A stretch of 63,781 nt of DNA, counting the filler, from Intoshia linei (taxonomy: Eukaryota; Animalia; Orthonectida): the NCBI GenBank assembly GCA_001642005.1. It is 7 parts of 7 records of this genome, joined end to end, with 100 filler letters (N's around TTAATTAATTAA, not from the genome) between each part and the next. Parts side by side here need not be neighbours in the genome. Positions count along the whole stretch, not along the records: positions 21,021 to 37,577 come from LWCA01000852.1; positions 37,678 to 50,358 come from LWCA01001074.1; 5 more parts are not named here. One strand, written 5' to 3'. A program made the position numbers and the translations under genes. This document shows, piece after piece, positions 25,335 to 37,816 of the stretch. Position 1 is the first letter of the stretch; the number at the start of each line of letters is the position of its first letter. The notes beneath the pieces are model-generated. The model saw only the letters and a program-made list of their open reading frames with translations. It made no database searches and was not told the DNA's origin.

Positions 25335-26505
25335 ATGAATAGTATAAGCGGAAATTGTCAGAAACTAAAAGATGAATATGATAAATGCTTCAATAAATGG
25401 TTTACTGAAAATTTTTTAAAAGGTTCAAAAACTACACCGTGTAAAAAATTGCACGATCGTTACTTCGAATGTTTATGTGTAAGTTTATTTTTATTGTATC
25501 TAATAGAATTTGTTAAATTAAAGTTAAGTTTTGTTGCAAAAAGAAATTATTTTATTTGTTGAAAATTTCAACTTCAATTTTTAAAATTTTGAAACACTCT
25601 ATTAGTTAATAATTAGGTAGTCTGTCCAAAATAAACTTCTTAGAAACATTTAGTTTATTTGATTATGAATTTTAGCGAAAATGACTTATCTATGATACAA
25701 ATAAAAATTTGTGACTTAAAATTTATTTCCAATCAACCAAAATTGACACTAAAACGTATTTTTCTAGTTAAATTTGGTTGAGCTATTATTTTGGATTTTT
25801 TTATAATGTCATGTATGACTAATGAGCGCCGTTTAATTTGGTGCAGAATTATATAAATATTTTTGATTTTGATTCAAATAGCCTCAAGTCTAAGTTTATA
25901 ATTTAATTTAATTTTTTCTATTTTTAATGACATTAAATCGTTATTTTTTATGTGAAATGGTAATATATCGAAAATTGTCACATGTACGTATCGTGGGTTA
26001 ATGATAAGCCTTATCATGAGTTACGATTCGTAACTTTAAGGATTAGAAAAATATTTTTAAATATCGATGCAGTCTATTAAAAATTTTGACTACACGAGCA
26101 ATTAAGAATTTACAATTTCATGAATCATCCAACGTTTAACTTAACTACAACACGAACTTTCAAAATCTCAGCATCACGTTCCGAGTCGGAGTCCGATTAT
26201 GATTTTTTAAAATCTCGTCAACTCAATCCCAACATAAACTTTGAAATGTACTTCTTACGGTTTTAGATTTCAAAATTTTAGTAAGAACGAGAAATGGCGA
26301 CCAGTCCATAGCACACCCTTGTTCTAATTGACACACTTAAAATCTCATTATGGATAAATATTTTAATTATCTTGGGGAACACTTTCCGTGTATAGTATAT
26401 TATTATCATTAAACTATAAACCTTTAGGTTGCATTAGAAGAAAAAGGTATGGATATAAAAAAGTTGACGGATGACATTAAAGATGAAACGAAATCTAGTA
26501 AATGA
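25335..26505 (+). CDS. TRIAP1: TRIAP1/MDM35 twin-CX9C mitochondrial protein (exons 25335-25478 and 26428-26505)
   Basis: [30 protein letters not shown]...[14 protein letters not shown]|[10 protein letters not shown]...*. Confidence 0.9.
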
Positions 26506-26508
26506 ATT

Positions 26509-26870
26509 TTATGTGTACACTTTGTTTAATTTCAAACCATTAAAATTATTTGAGTAGTTCCAACAGTTTGTTTTTGATTTTTGTTGAGATACTGCCAACA
26601 ATTCTGTTGGTATTTTTTGAAAATATTCATATCTGTCATACTGCATACCAATTTTATCAAATCCATTTATACTTTGATGGATATCAGGCAATTTATTCTT
26701 GTATCGTTTGTTACAATCTATTGAAGCATTTGATCTATTTTTCATACTAAATTCATTATAATATGTGCTGTTTGGTTGTTTTGATTTCCAAAATAAACGC
26801 ATTGACCAAGTTCGAGATTCATCTGTATCCAACAAACGTTTTTTCAATTGACTTCGTTTTTTGCAGTTCT
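26509..26870 (-). CDS. Terminal exon of an unidentified gene; upstream exon structure to about 27220 unresolved
   Basis: Open frame of about 120 codons preceded by an AG acceptor, with further GT/AG-bounded GC-richer blocks upstream. No domain recognised. Confidence 0.45.
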
Positions 26871-28406
26871 AAATTTACATTATAATAATAATAGCGTACA
26901 TTTAGGAGGACCGCGGAATCCACTTTGTAGTAATCAGTACAACTTATTATTTTAAACTAATGGATGACTTTAGAAATTTTTTTTGTGTATGGTGGCCCAC
27001 CATTGGTAAGAGATTATTTATTAACTCCAACAGAATAACATTAAAAAAAAGTTTGGCGATCACCGGTTAAATAATGGATAAATGAACCATATTTTTTTAA
27101 TCTTCATACAAGGGTCTACAATTTACACCTGACCCGTGGCCGCTGTTGTCTTTCCATATCCCCTGAATAATAGTGACAATATAAATTAACCACCCTGGTA
27201 TTTGAAAAATATTTGGGACCATGAAAAAAATTTTATTTTATCAAATACAAATACAACTTACAATCCGAATCGGCATTTCTCAAAACCACACAATTAGAGT
27301 GTAAGTATTGGGAAAGTGATTGATTTATAAACTAAAATACTTAAAGTGTAAACCAGGGATGGGCAAAGTGCGACGTTATCTTAAGAACATGTCTATCTAT
27401 AATTATAGATATTAATTATAATATAGTCTATATCAAAAGAAGACTATTTTTAAAATTATTTCTTAAAATTAAATTTTCAATTTGGTAGATTTCAATATCA
27501 ATTTAGTAATTTTCATTCTCAAAATTAATGTATCATACTTTGAATATTATAGTAACAATTTATATTTAAAGTATACATTTAATTTCAGTTTTAAATGTTA
27601 AATCTTTATTATAAAGTTTATATTAAAATAAACAAGTTTAATACATGTTTAATTATTTATTACAAATAAATATTGTAAATATAAAAAAATTTTAATTTTT
27701 GTCAGATTTTTAAAAAATTTTTACTTGTTATTTGCAAATATATATTTGTTTTGAATCCCATGGCCGTATCAATATCTACATCAGCGTATTGAAATATGGC
27801 CCTATGTGTCAACTGGGTTTCCCGACCCGGTGTAAACGTTTTAATATAATTTATTTAAAATACAATTTTACAATTTAACAATACAATTTCTGGGGTGTTA
27901 GCAAAATAAATTTCAACCTCCCAAACTCACATCTTACGAGTCAAAAAGCCCAATAGTGATTTTTTGAAAATTAAACGAGTTCGAGAATTTATAAAAATAT
28001 ATTGTCTGATACGGATTTTAAAATCATAAATATTATCATAAATTTAAATTTAAAAAATATATCCTTAGGGCCATAACCGCAAATTACCCTTTCTTTTAAG
28101 AAAACAGCCATAGAATTTAAAAAAATTACAGGTGGTAAAGTTGTATTTTGTTAACACACACAAAAAATTTCAATCTTAATAAGTGACGACTTCACAGTTT
28201 CTAAAATTTTTTACGCAAATGTTAACAAAAAAAATTAAGATGGAATAATTCACTTTAAATAAAAAGTAATGTGATATGACGGTTTTACTTGAAACAAGTT
28301 TGGAAACCGCTTTTTTAAAAAATTGATAATAGTGAATAGTAGCATTTTTAGGTTAAATTTTCTAATTGACTTTTTTTGGTACAATAAAAATGTGCCATCG
28401 GCAGGT

Positions 28407-28447
28407 CTAGGTGCTGTTTGTACGTAGTACATAACAGTCAACCTAGT
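28407..28447 (+). repeat. Helitron-like 3' end (hairpin + CTAG); copies at 52702-52742(+), 37018-37059(-) and about 8070-8110(-)
   Basis: CTGTTTGTACGTAGTACATAACAG hairpin followed within a few nt by CTAG|T, repeated several times in the window. Confidence 0.6.
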
Positions 28448-28623
28448 TCAGTATATGATGCAAAAATTGATACACTGAAAAGATTAAACTATCAAAAAAA
28501 TTACTTCAAATCGACCATAATAAGTTTCTAGATGGTGTTTATTATCATGAATAGAAAATAAGTTGGTGTGTTTTGAATTTTTCTATATAAATTTTTACAT
28601 ATATTATCAAGTATATAGTTATT

Positions 28624-28655
<32 letters not shown>

Positions 28656-29699
28656 ACCCTGTATACAGGCTATATTATAAATATACTATATAATTTGATA
28701 AAGATTACATCCAATTTTTCGTTAAATTGAATCGGAACATTAATTTGAATATTATTATTATTTAAATATGGTATTTTTTTGAACGTATTGGATAATCTTT
28801 TAAAATTGTTTGAGCTTTCTGTGTAGGTAAACTAAAAATACGACAAATGAAATGAATGAAAAAATTGAATTTAAATAAATCCATAAACATGATTAATTCA
28901 TTTATCATTAAATTTACCCAATCAACTTCTACTCTGTTTTTAAATTTTTCTGAAAATTTCTTCATATATAATGTTTTACAATTATAAATTTCAATGTTTG
29001 TAGTTATAAAAAATAGCAATATATAGCTTTGCCGTCATTTAAAGTATAATACAATTAATATTACAATTGTTAAAGCGAATACATTTATTTTTAATTACTC
29101 AGTTTAAGTAATTGTCTAGTTATACAATAAACCATAATTTTATACATTGGTGTGTTGGTGCAGTTTAGTTCAGAAAAGACAATAAGAAAAATATTAAACA
29201 TAATTAATATTGGTGTTTGTATAGTCTACGACATAAATTTACTTGATTTCTCAAGTTTTGTTCTCAATCATATAGGTTATTTATGTAATTTTTTAATATA
29301 CAAATATACCTACAATTCAATACAAATGAGTGTGACAAGTTAGTATAATGTATCAAAAGAAAATTTTGAGGTGGTATAAATCAAAATAAAAATTAAATAT
29401 TTGGAGATGAAGTGAGAATTCTCTTTTTGTTTTATTTGTAAAATTAATAGAAATTTGATTTGATTCAGAAATATATTAGTAATTTCACCACGTAATAACT
29501 CATGTAACTGTACTATAATCTCAAGTGTAGTTTACTTTGATTAAATTTTGATATCACTTAAATAGATAAATAGTAGAGTTACAAACAGAGTCTAAACAAA
29601 AAACATAAAATTTTTTATAACAAAACATAAAACTGACAGTAATAGTAGTGGTAAGACACTGAAAATGTGAATATAGAAAAGAAATAACATTGAAATAAG

Positions 29700-30238
29700 T
29701 TCAAATATTTAAAGACCATTAGACATTGGAAGTCTTATAAAAAATAAACGTTTGAATGAATTAACAAGTGAAACAAAACATATTTTTTTGACTAAATTTT
29801 GGGTCCCTGAAAAAAATTATAGTTTCAAGAAATTGAATAATAGGTCTTTCAAAATAGACTGGCTTGATTAATATTCATAGCTGTGCTATTATGCTATGCA
29901 AATTTGCATTTTATTTTCAAAACATCTTAATCATGTCAAACTTTTTTTGTACTGAACCAATCATTGTAAAAAGTGGCAGTGCAATAGCAAAAATAAAAAA
30001 ACATGATGAATCAAATTATCATATAGATTGCATTGAGTTGGGAAACAATTTTCTAGAAATAATAAAAAATCCAGTGTTGTAGAACAATTAGATTCTAATA
30101 TCAATAAAATTAGAGTAAACAATCGTATGAAACTCAAGTATAATAAAAAGCGTGAAATTTTTTTTCTCCTTCGGCGAAATTAAATATATTGCTCGCTTCG
30201 CTCGCACCCCATTAACTAGCCTCTTGAATCCGCCCCTG
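29700..30238 (+). mobile_element. hAT (Tip100/ZMYM1-like) transposase N-terminal remnant with GC-rich terminus
   Basis: DIGSL...FWVPEKNYSF...RSFKIDWL...KIKKHDESNYH (TTF-type zinc-finger region, frameshifted). Ends in GCTCGCTTCGCTCGC...GAATCCGCCCCTG. Confidence 0.55.
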
Positions 30239-30885
30239 TTAAGGACTATTGAAACGAAATTAGTAGCTCAGAATTTATTGAGTTTTCTTATAATATAATT
30301 CATATTCTACAAAAAATGTTGTTTCTTCGACTTAACATTTTCTTATATCCTTTACTTATGTTAAATTGAATGTCTGTGTTTGTGTTACCGTTCATTGAAA
30401 AAATTGACACTTGTAGAATTTAAAATAATGAAATTTCTAAGACAGTTTTTCCAGAGCGAGTTTATATCTATTTTTCAGTTTCATAATTTGAGTCCTTCAG
30501 GGTCAAAACCCAATTTCCCCTTTGTTTAAAAAATAAATCAGCCCCAAAGTTTAATAAAACATACATTCTAAAAAGCGTTTTAAAATCATTAACATTGCGT
30601 AAATCTTAATATCAGAAACTCATATCTTCATGATTAAAACCCCAAATTACCCTTTTTTAAAATTTTATAAAACGTAAATTCTGAAATACTTTTTAAAATC
30701 ATAAGAATTATAATAAATAAAAACCTTGAAAAAGTGCATTTTCATGACCAAACCACAGATTGCCCATTTTTTAATAACTATGCCTATAAGTAAAAAAAAT
30801 TACCATTGATCCAGTAATATGAAACTTATGGCTGCTATTCAATTCTAACAAATTAAATTAAAAGAAAATAAACAATAAAAAAAAA

Positions 30886-30957
30886 GGGCCCGACCGGGAA
30901 TTGAACCCGGGACCTCCCGCACCCGAAGCGGAAATCATACTGCTAGACCATCGAGCC
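30886..30957 (-). tRNA. tRNA-Pro(CGG)
   Basis: GGCTCGATGGTCTAGCAGTATGATTTCCGCTT-CGG-GTGCGGGAGGTCCCGGGTTCAATTCCCGGTCGGGCCC followed directly by a poly-T terminator. Confidence 0.93.
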
Positions 30958-31687
30958 GTTTTACGAATACTTCTAAAACTCTTGTAAACAAACCTAATTG
31001 AATAACAAAAAAACAAAAAATGTGACATACAATTAAAAATTAAATTATCACTAAAAAATCAATATATAATGTTCTTTATTACATGTTTATTGAAATTTGA
31101 TGATAACAAGATAATACAACTTGTAAAATATATGTAAACTAACAAAAATCATGGAAACTATTGAAATGTTTGATAATATTTGAACTTGATATACAACAAA
31201 TTGAAATGAGGTAATTTTGACAATTGTAATACTATTTTTATTGACTAAAAATTTCTAATGACTAAAAATGAAAATAATTTCCAATATATAAATTTCCCTG
31301 GTTTCCCAATATTTCGTAAAAACATTTCTAACATTATGCATAAAATTTTGATACATTTTTATAAAGTTACTGGTTGAGATTGAATGAATTACTAATGTTA
31401 CACATATCGATAAATCGTGCTAATTGTAACATAATATGTTTAATATTTGCAATTTTTGAAATTTTTGGCTAATCACGTCCGTCATTAACTGGTTTTCAAA
31501 ATGTGCTGGGCTTAAATTTAAACCAAAGCGCAAAAACAGGTTTAAAAAGTCCTACAGTGACAATTACTTTAATTGTGTAAATTCACAAAATTCTTTATAT
31601 ATACCTCATGTTAATTCTGAGCAGTATTCTACAAACTATGAAGAAAAAATTGCTCAATATAAGAATTTAAAACAAAAAGTTATCAAC

Positions 31688-34600
31688 ATGTTTAGTGATT
31701 CTCAAATTCGAAGCGTTAGTCGGAATATTTTTTCTGAAGAACCAAATTACCAAAATTATTTACTCAAATGGACCAATTATATCAAAGGTTATAGGAAGCG
31801 ATGGTTTGTTATCGATAAGAATAACGGAATTTTGTATTATTACAAGTTTTTTTTACTTTTATTTTTTTTAATTATTTTAGAAATGAACACGAAAAAGGCA
31901 AGCCAATGGGTTGCATTAATTTACTTAATACTCTTATTACAACTTACGATCAACATACAATTATTCTTAAACTTCAAGGTATTTTTACGTAATGTATAGT
32001 TTCATTCGGGTATTCCCACACTTTCTTATCGATAATATACTGTAAAATTTTCATGTAATAATTATAGTATATATTGTATTTTTATTATAAATATTTATAA
32101 AAAAATTATCCTCGGACGGGCATTCGAGAACCGCTGGTTTACTTGTTGTAAATAAAATTATTTGGAATTTGATAGTTGTCTACGTTTAATAGTTTTGTTG
32201 TATTTTTTGAGGTTTGTTTTATGATTATGATAATGCAACTTCAATTGCGCTCTCTTTATTTATAGATTTGTCTGTTTATTTAGTTTTATTGTTTATGAAA
32301 TTTTATGATTTGTACTGCAATTTTGAAATTTCATAATACAGTAGGGACAGTTTAAGTGGACTATTTTCAAAATTTTAAATTATTAAAAGTGATTACTCAA
32401 ACATTTTAGAAAATTTCAGTCAAAGTTTGACTATGATTATACCCATATGAGGTTTTGTTTTATTGAGTAATGCAGTGCTTTTCATCCGGAGTGTCGTGAG
32501 TCACGACTCGTGACACTTTTGTGTGTTGCCAATGATTTCCAGATGTATTGCCAAACTTAAAATTTTATTTAATTTTTTTTAAATTACATTAGCAGACAAT
32601 ACAATTAGAAGATGTAAAAATGCAAATAAAATATGTTTTTAGTGATGATGATAAATTTTTAACAGTTTATTTTTAGATTAGTATTAGAAAAAAATTGGTT
32701 TAACCATTAATTAATCGTTTATTTTTTTGATTGGTGTGGCGCAAAATTTTTTCGAGATTTAAATATATGTCGCCAACCAAAAATGGTTGGAAAGCACTGT
32801 GCTTATGTATAAGATTTTAGACAGTAAAGTTTCTGGGACTATTAGTTTTTTAAATAAATGGTTACACATATATTTATAATTTTTTAGGGTAGGTAAAAAT
32901 AGTGATTCTTATATTATTAATAAAAATCAATAGTATTAATAGAAACTCAAATTTTTCAGCACGTAATTTGTTCAAAAAAATAAATGTCTAACGCAATTAA
33001 GAGATTCTCAACTTTTTTATTGCATGACCCATATAGCTATTAGATTTTAATAGTGTGACTTATATTACATTAGCAAATTGTAATGTGAGTTTATTAATTT
33101 AAGTATAAATCAATTAATAAAGATTTTAATGTACAGAAAAATATATTTTGAAGTTTCTGTTATTTATTTCAAAATGCACGAGATAAAATGAATGATTGAT
33201 AATAGAAATTTCGTTACTAAAAGTAAAGTTAGTTTCACGCTACACAAATAAAACTTGTTTTGTAAATATATTATGAGTTTTAAAACTAGACATAATTATC
33301 AATTCCCATTTTTTAATAAGATGAATATTTATATTTTTAATTGTATATAGTGACAGTGTGTCACCAAAAATTTGAAAAATATTGGTTGATAATATAATTT
33401 GTATATTAAAAATTATTTTTCAACGGGAATGCGTAGACTTTTGGGATAGAAAATTTGTATCTATATTAACTGGAATAAACTGTATCAGAATAATATATTA
33501 ATAATAACAATATTAATAATTGTATTAATAATTAATAATTATTAGTAATAATTAATTATAAATTGAATAATAATAATTTTGAATTATAGGATCCTTATTT
33601 ATTTCAAATGTTTTGTTTTTGACCGTGAAGTCGTCACGTTGTCATATTGAAATTTAGTTTGTGTTTTAACTGAATATAGCTATATGAAATGTGTTTCTTT
33701 TAAAATTTTAGAACTATTTTTATTTTTTCAAAAAATGGTAATTTGTGGTTTTGATCATGAAAATGCACTTTTTTGGATACGCAATTTATGATAATATATA
33801 TGATTTTAAATTTACTATCCCACAATTTATGTTGTATGCAATTCTAAGACTTTTTTTATTTTTACAAAAAAGAAACATGAAATATAAAACATTTATGAAA
33901 AAAAATACAGGTGATTTCTATTTAGATTTGGTAAAATTATGTTTTTCAAAAAAATATTTAAAAAATGGGATTTTTTAATTTGTGTTTTGGGTTTGAAACT
34001 TGCTCATAAGATTTGATAAAATCGGATTTTTCAAAAAATTAGTGGAAAAATATGATAATTCCCTTAAGCGTTGGTAAAATTGAATTTTTATTTTGGGGTT
34101 AGAATAAGAAATTTTTCTCATAAGATTTGGTAAAATTGTGTTTTTCAAAAAAATATTAGAAAAAGAGGATTTTTTACTTAAGCTTAATCCTTAAAGGTTG
34201 GTAAAATTGCAAGATTTATTTTGTGTTTGGATTAGATGGATTTTTCTAAAAGGTATTGGTAAAATTCAATTTTTCCTTTAGGGTTTGAAATGGTATTTTT
34301 TACTAAATTTTATTAATGGTGGGATAAAAGTGGGATTTTTAAATAATAATGTAGCGATCGTCTAGACTTTGGCATAAATTTCCAACATCGGTCAGCTCTC
34401 ATATTCTCTGACAGTTACTCTGTAATAAATATTAAAAATTATACTATAAAAATAACAAAAGTTAATACAATTTTTTTTACATTTTATTTGCATCTCACGG
34501 ACCCCAGGTATATAGTTTTGGGCACTATCGGGAACTACTGGTCTAAAGTATTTACATTTACATTTAAATTAAATCTTATGGAACAAACTGTCATATTGAT

Positions 34601-36735
34601 TAAGATATAAAGAGGGTTTATCAGAATTTTATATGAAAATACACTTTAAGAGTGTAAGTAATTGTACAAATGAACAGTGATTAAATATACCAGTTTAGTA
34701 TAAACAGGTTTATTATACAAACTAATGTATTTAATGTTACACAAACAATAAACGATTGGCACGATTCATCAAAGTGTATATTTAGTATTCATGTTAGTAG
34801 TTTTTTTTTTTGAAACGCAGAGTGTAATTTAAAATCTAAATATTTTGAATATCGATAGATACCAAACTTTTTGAATTAATTTGATTTCGAATATTATAGT
34901 TCTTTCCATAGTTATGTAATTTTTAAAAACTAATGTTTATTTTTTTTGGTTTATTTTATTTTTAACCCTTTGAGGAATATTAGTTATTTCGAAATAAGAT
35001 ATGTTGTAAATTTAAAACAAGCTTGGTGTATTTGCATTGTATTTATTACAGAACATGCCATTTTTGCACTAATGTATGCTTTCTAGGTACTTTAATGTAC
35101 TAAAGCTAAAATATAGAATAAATTAGAAGCCAATAAATGTTAGATTGTTTACTTTAATAATTAACTATCGCACAGGTTTTTGTGATTTTCAAATTTGTCG
35201 ATATTATGTATCGCACAGGCTTTTGCGATTTTATAATTTATTGATATTAGTCTCATTATCATGATATCGATGTATCCTCAAAGAGTTAGGACTTAACTTT
35301 TTGACTTAAGTGATAGTTAATTAATTACGAAATTAACTATAATTAGTAAATACTATTTTATATTTAGGATCTAATAATGTTTATTTAAAAACAAAAAACG
35401 AAAAAGAACGTCAAAAATGGATAACACGTATAGAAATGGCTAAAAGTGGTTACATTTCAAAATTGGAAAGTAAAAATTTTTAAAAATAAATTCACCCTAA
35501 CAACTGTATTCATGCTTGAGTGCTCAAACTCATTTAATTATGATAGTTATTTTTGACTTGAAGATATATTGTTTGTCCCAATAACATTGATTCAAATTAA
35601 ACTGTCTTAGTGACTAAAAGAAATTTTATGGTGTCAAATTTTCAAATAAAAAAATAAAGACTCATAGTTGGGAATGTAAATATTATTTAAACAAACAGCT
35701 GTTATTGACTTTGAAATAAATTTATCATGAATATATATTTTTAATTGAGAAGCATGTCAAAGGGTATTTATTTCTATATATTTAAATTTAGTTACCTTGT
35801 AGTTTATATTTAGATACAAACTTGAATTGTAAATTTATATTTATCATTTAATACTCACTGATTATGATTTTAGGCGAAGATAATATTGAAAAATTACCAA
35901 TTAAACATGAAATTCATGAATATATTGAATCTTTGAATGTAGAATTTAAAAAATTGACGGTAGAGTATAAACGTTTGTATATGGAACGTAATCTCTTTAT
36001 TGAATTTTACCAGGAAAATGTCTTAAACCAACTTTCAACGAAGGACAAAGAAGTGAGACGTACTTCTGATACGACAAAAACTGGAAAAGTTGTTTTGGAT
36101 GAAAGACAAAGTGTATATTTAAAGCAGCACGTTGAAAATATTTCTGCATCTTTTGATGATGCGTTCAAGGTAATTTCAAAAAAGACAAATGACGTGTCTT
36201 GATGCTAATTGTAGCCTTTATGTTGTTTAGAAAATTATATACATATAAATTATGGTTAGTAACTGTCTTGTTTGTATTTTTTAGTTTAATTTAAATTTTA
36301 GACATCAAAATCCTTTTTAAATTCTTTATCAAATGAAATTTCGAAATGGAATACACTTTTTTTGATGGAAACTAAGAAAGTGTCGACATTGGAGAATATT
36401 ATTGAGGATTTAGATAAGACTAAAAATTTATTAGAAAAAAATATTGCTAGGAAATCATTTATTAATGCCAACCAACCTGTAAGTGAGTCTCAAAAAGCTG
36501 AAAATTTTGCTAGTGATATTATTGAGAAAAATTTGCCTCATGAGAAAACTGACAATGCGTCCAATTTTGCTAATCGACATAGTTCCATTTTTTCAGAAAC
36601 TGGGGAATATTATCAGACTAATATAGGTCTTTTTTCAGTTTTCTATTTTATTTTAAAAATTTAGATTCTGATAATGACGAGTTTTTTGATGCCAATACCG
36701 ATTCATTTTCCGAATTTTCTACAGTTGGCCATTTG
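31688..36735 (+). CDS. OSBP: Oxysterol-binding protein (OSBP/ORP4-like): PH domain, coiled coil and FFAT motif; sterol-binding domain not in this segment
   Basis: LLKWTNYIKGYRKRWFV...GILYYYK|...MGCINL...|...VYLKTKNEKERQKWITRIEMAK, then DSDNDEFFDA (FFAT motif, 36679-36693). Confidence 0.85.
33620..34400 (+). repeat. Dispersed repeat family with internal subrepeats (AGATTTGGTAAAATT...TTTTCAAAAAA) and a hAT-like end
   Basis: The end block GTGGGATAAAAGTGGGATTTT...TGTAGCG is shared with 15858-15940. GTGAAGTCGTCAC is mirrored at about 28183-28195. Similar reverse tracts occur at about 27880-28120, 30500-30780 and 51610-51720. Confidence 0.55.
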
Positions 36736-37816
36736 TAATTTTTTATTTATATGCAATCTTATAATTTCAAGACGTGAGGATTTTCATGCAATTCTTTTTG
36801 TCACTTTAATATATTGTTGTCATGTAACATAAGTGTATGTCCTTGGATTACAATTTTATTAAATTTGGGTACATGCAATCATTATAACTTTGATGTATTT
36901 TAAAGGGTTTTCATTTTCTGATCATTACCATTACCACTGATATGAATGATAAAGAAATATATGTAACGTATAAGTAAACGCTCAGAAAGTGATTTAAAAT
37001 CAATATAATTATAAAATACTAGGTTGACTGTTATGTACTACATACAAACATCACCTAGCTCTGCCGAGAGCACATTTTTATTATACAAAAAAATAAATTC
37101 ATGTTGAAAATCTAACTTAAAAATATCAATTATGTATCAATAATTAACCTAATCTTCACTTTATAAACATATTTCAAACGAATTTTACCAATATTGCAAA
37201 GGATTGTAATAAATATAAAAATGATAATAACAAAGTTGTATTACTTTTAGTTTCGTTGTTTTAGTTTTTATTTAAATTTTATTCAAAATGATAATTTGAG
37301 AATGAAAAATTGCGAAGGAATGAATTATATAGATTTTCACCCATATTTTTTTATTGGAAATGTGTAGACATTCAGTGCACTTTTTTTTTGAAATTGTAGG
37401 ATCAATATTTACATTTTCAATTTTTGAAATAATCGAAATACAGTCAGACCTGTATATATTGAACACTAACATAGAAAAAATAACCATGTTCATTAGGGTG
37501 TATACTTTTTAAACTTTCCGTTGAATTAACAAAAGTATATTTTACTGAGCGTTTGAAATGTAATTTAGAACACAATTNNNNNNNNNNNNNNNNNNNNNNN
37601 NNNNNNNNNNNNNNNNNNNNNTTAATTAATTAANNNNNNNNNNNNNNNNNNNNNNNNNNNNNNNNNNNNNNNNNNNNGTCACGTGATAGAAAATTAATAC
37701 AAATTTATGTTTATTTACACAAATTCATATTGAACAGAAACCACTGTACATGTATTTTTTCAATTTTATTTATTATTTCAATATTATGTACTCATGTGAT
37801 AATTTTAAAAATTTTA

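Noticed and set aside
33900-34300. Periodic repeats as a CRISPR-like array
   Set aside because: Eukaryotic context, degenerate units with no unique spacers, and no cas genes. They are TE subterminal repeats.
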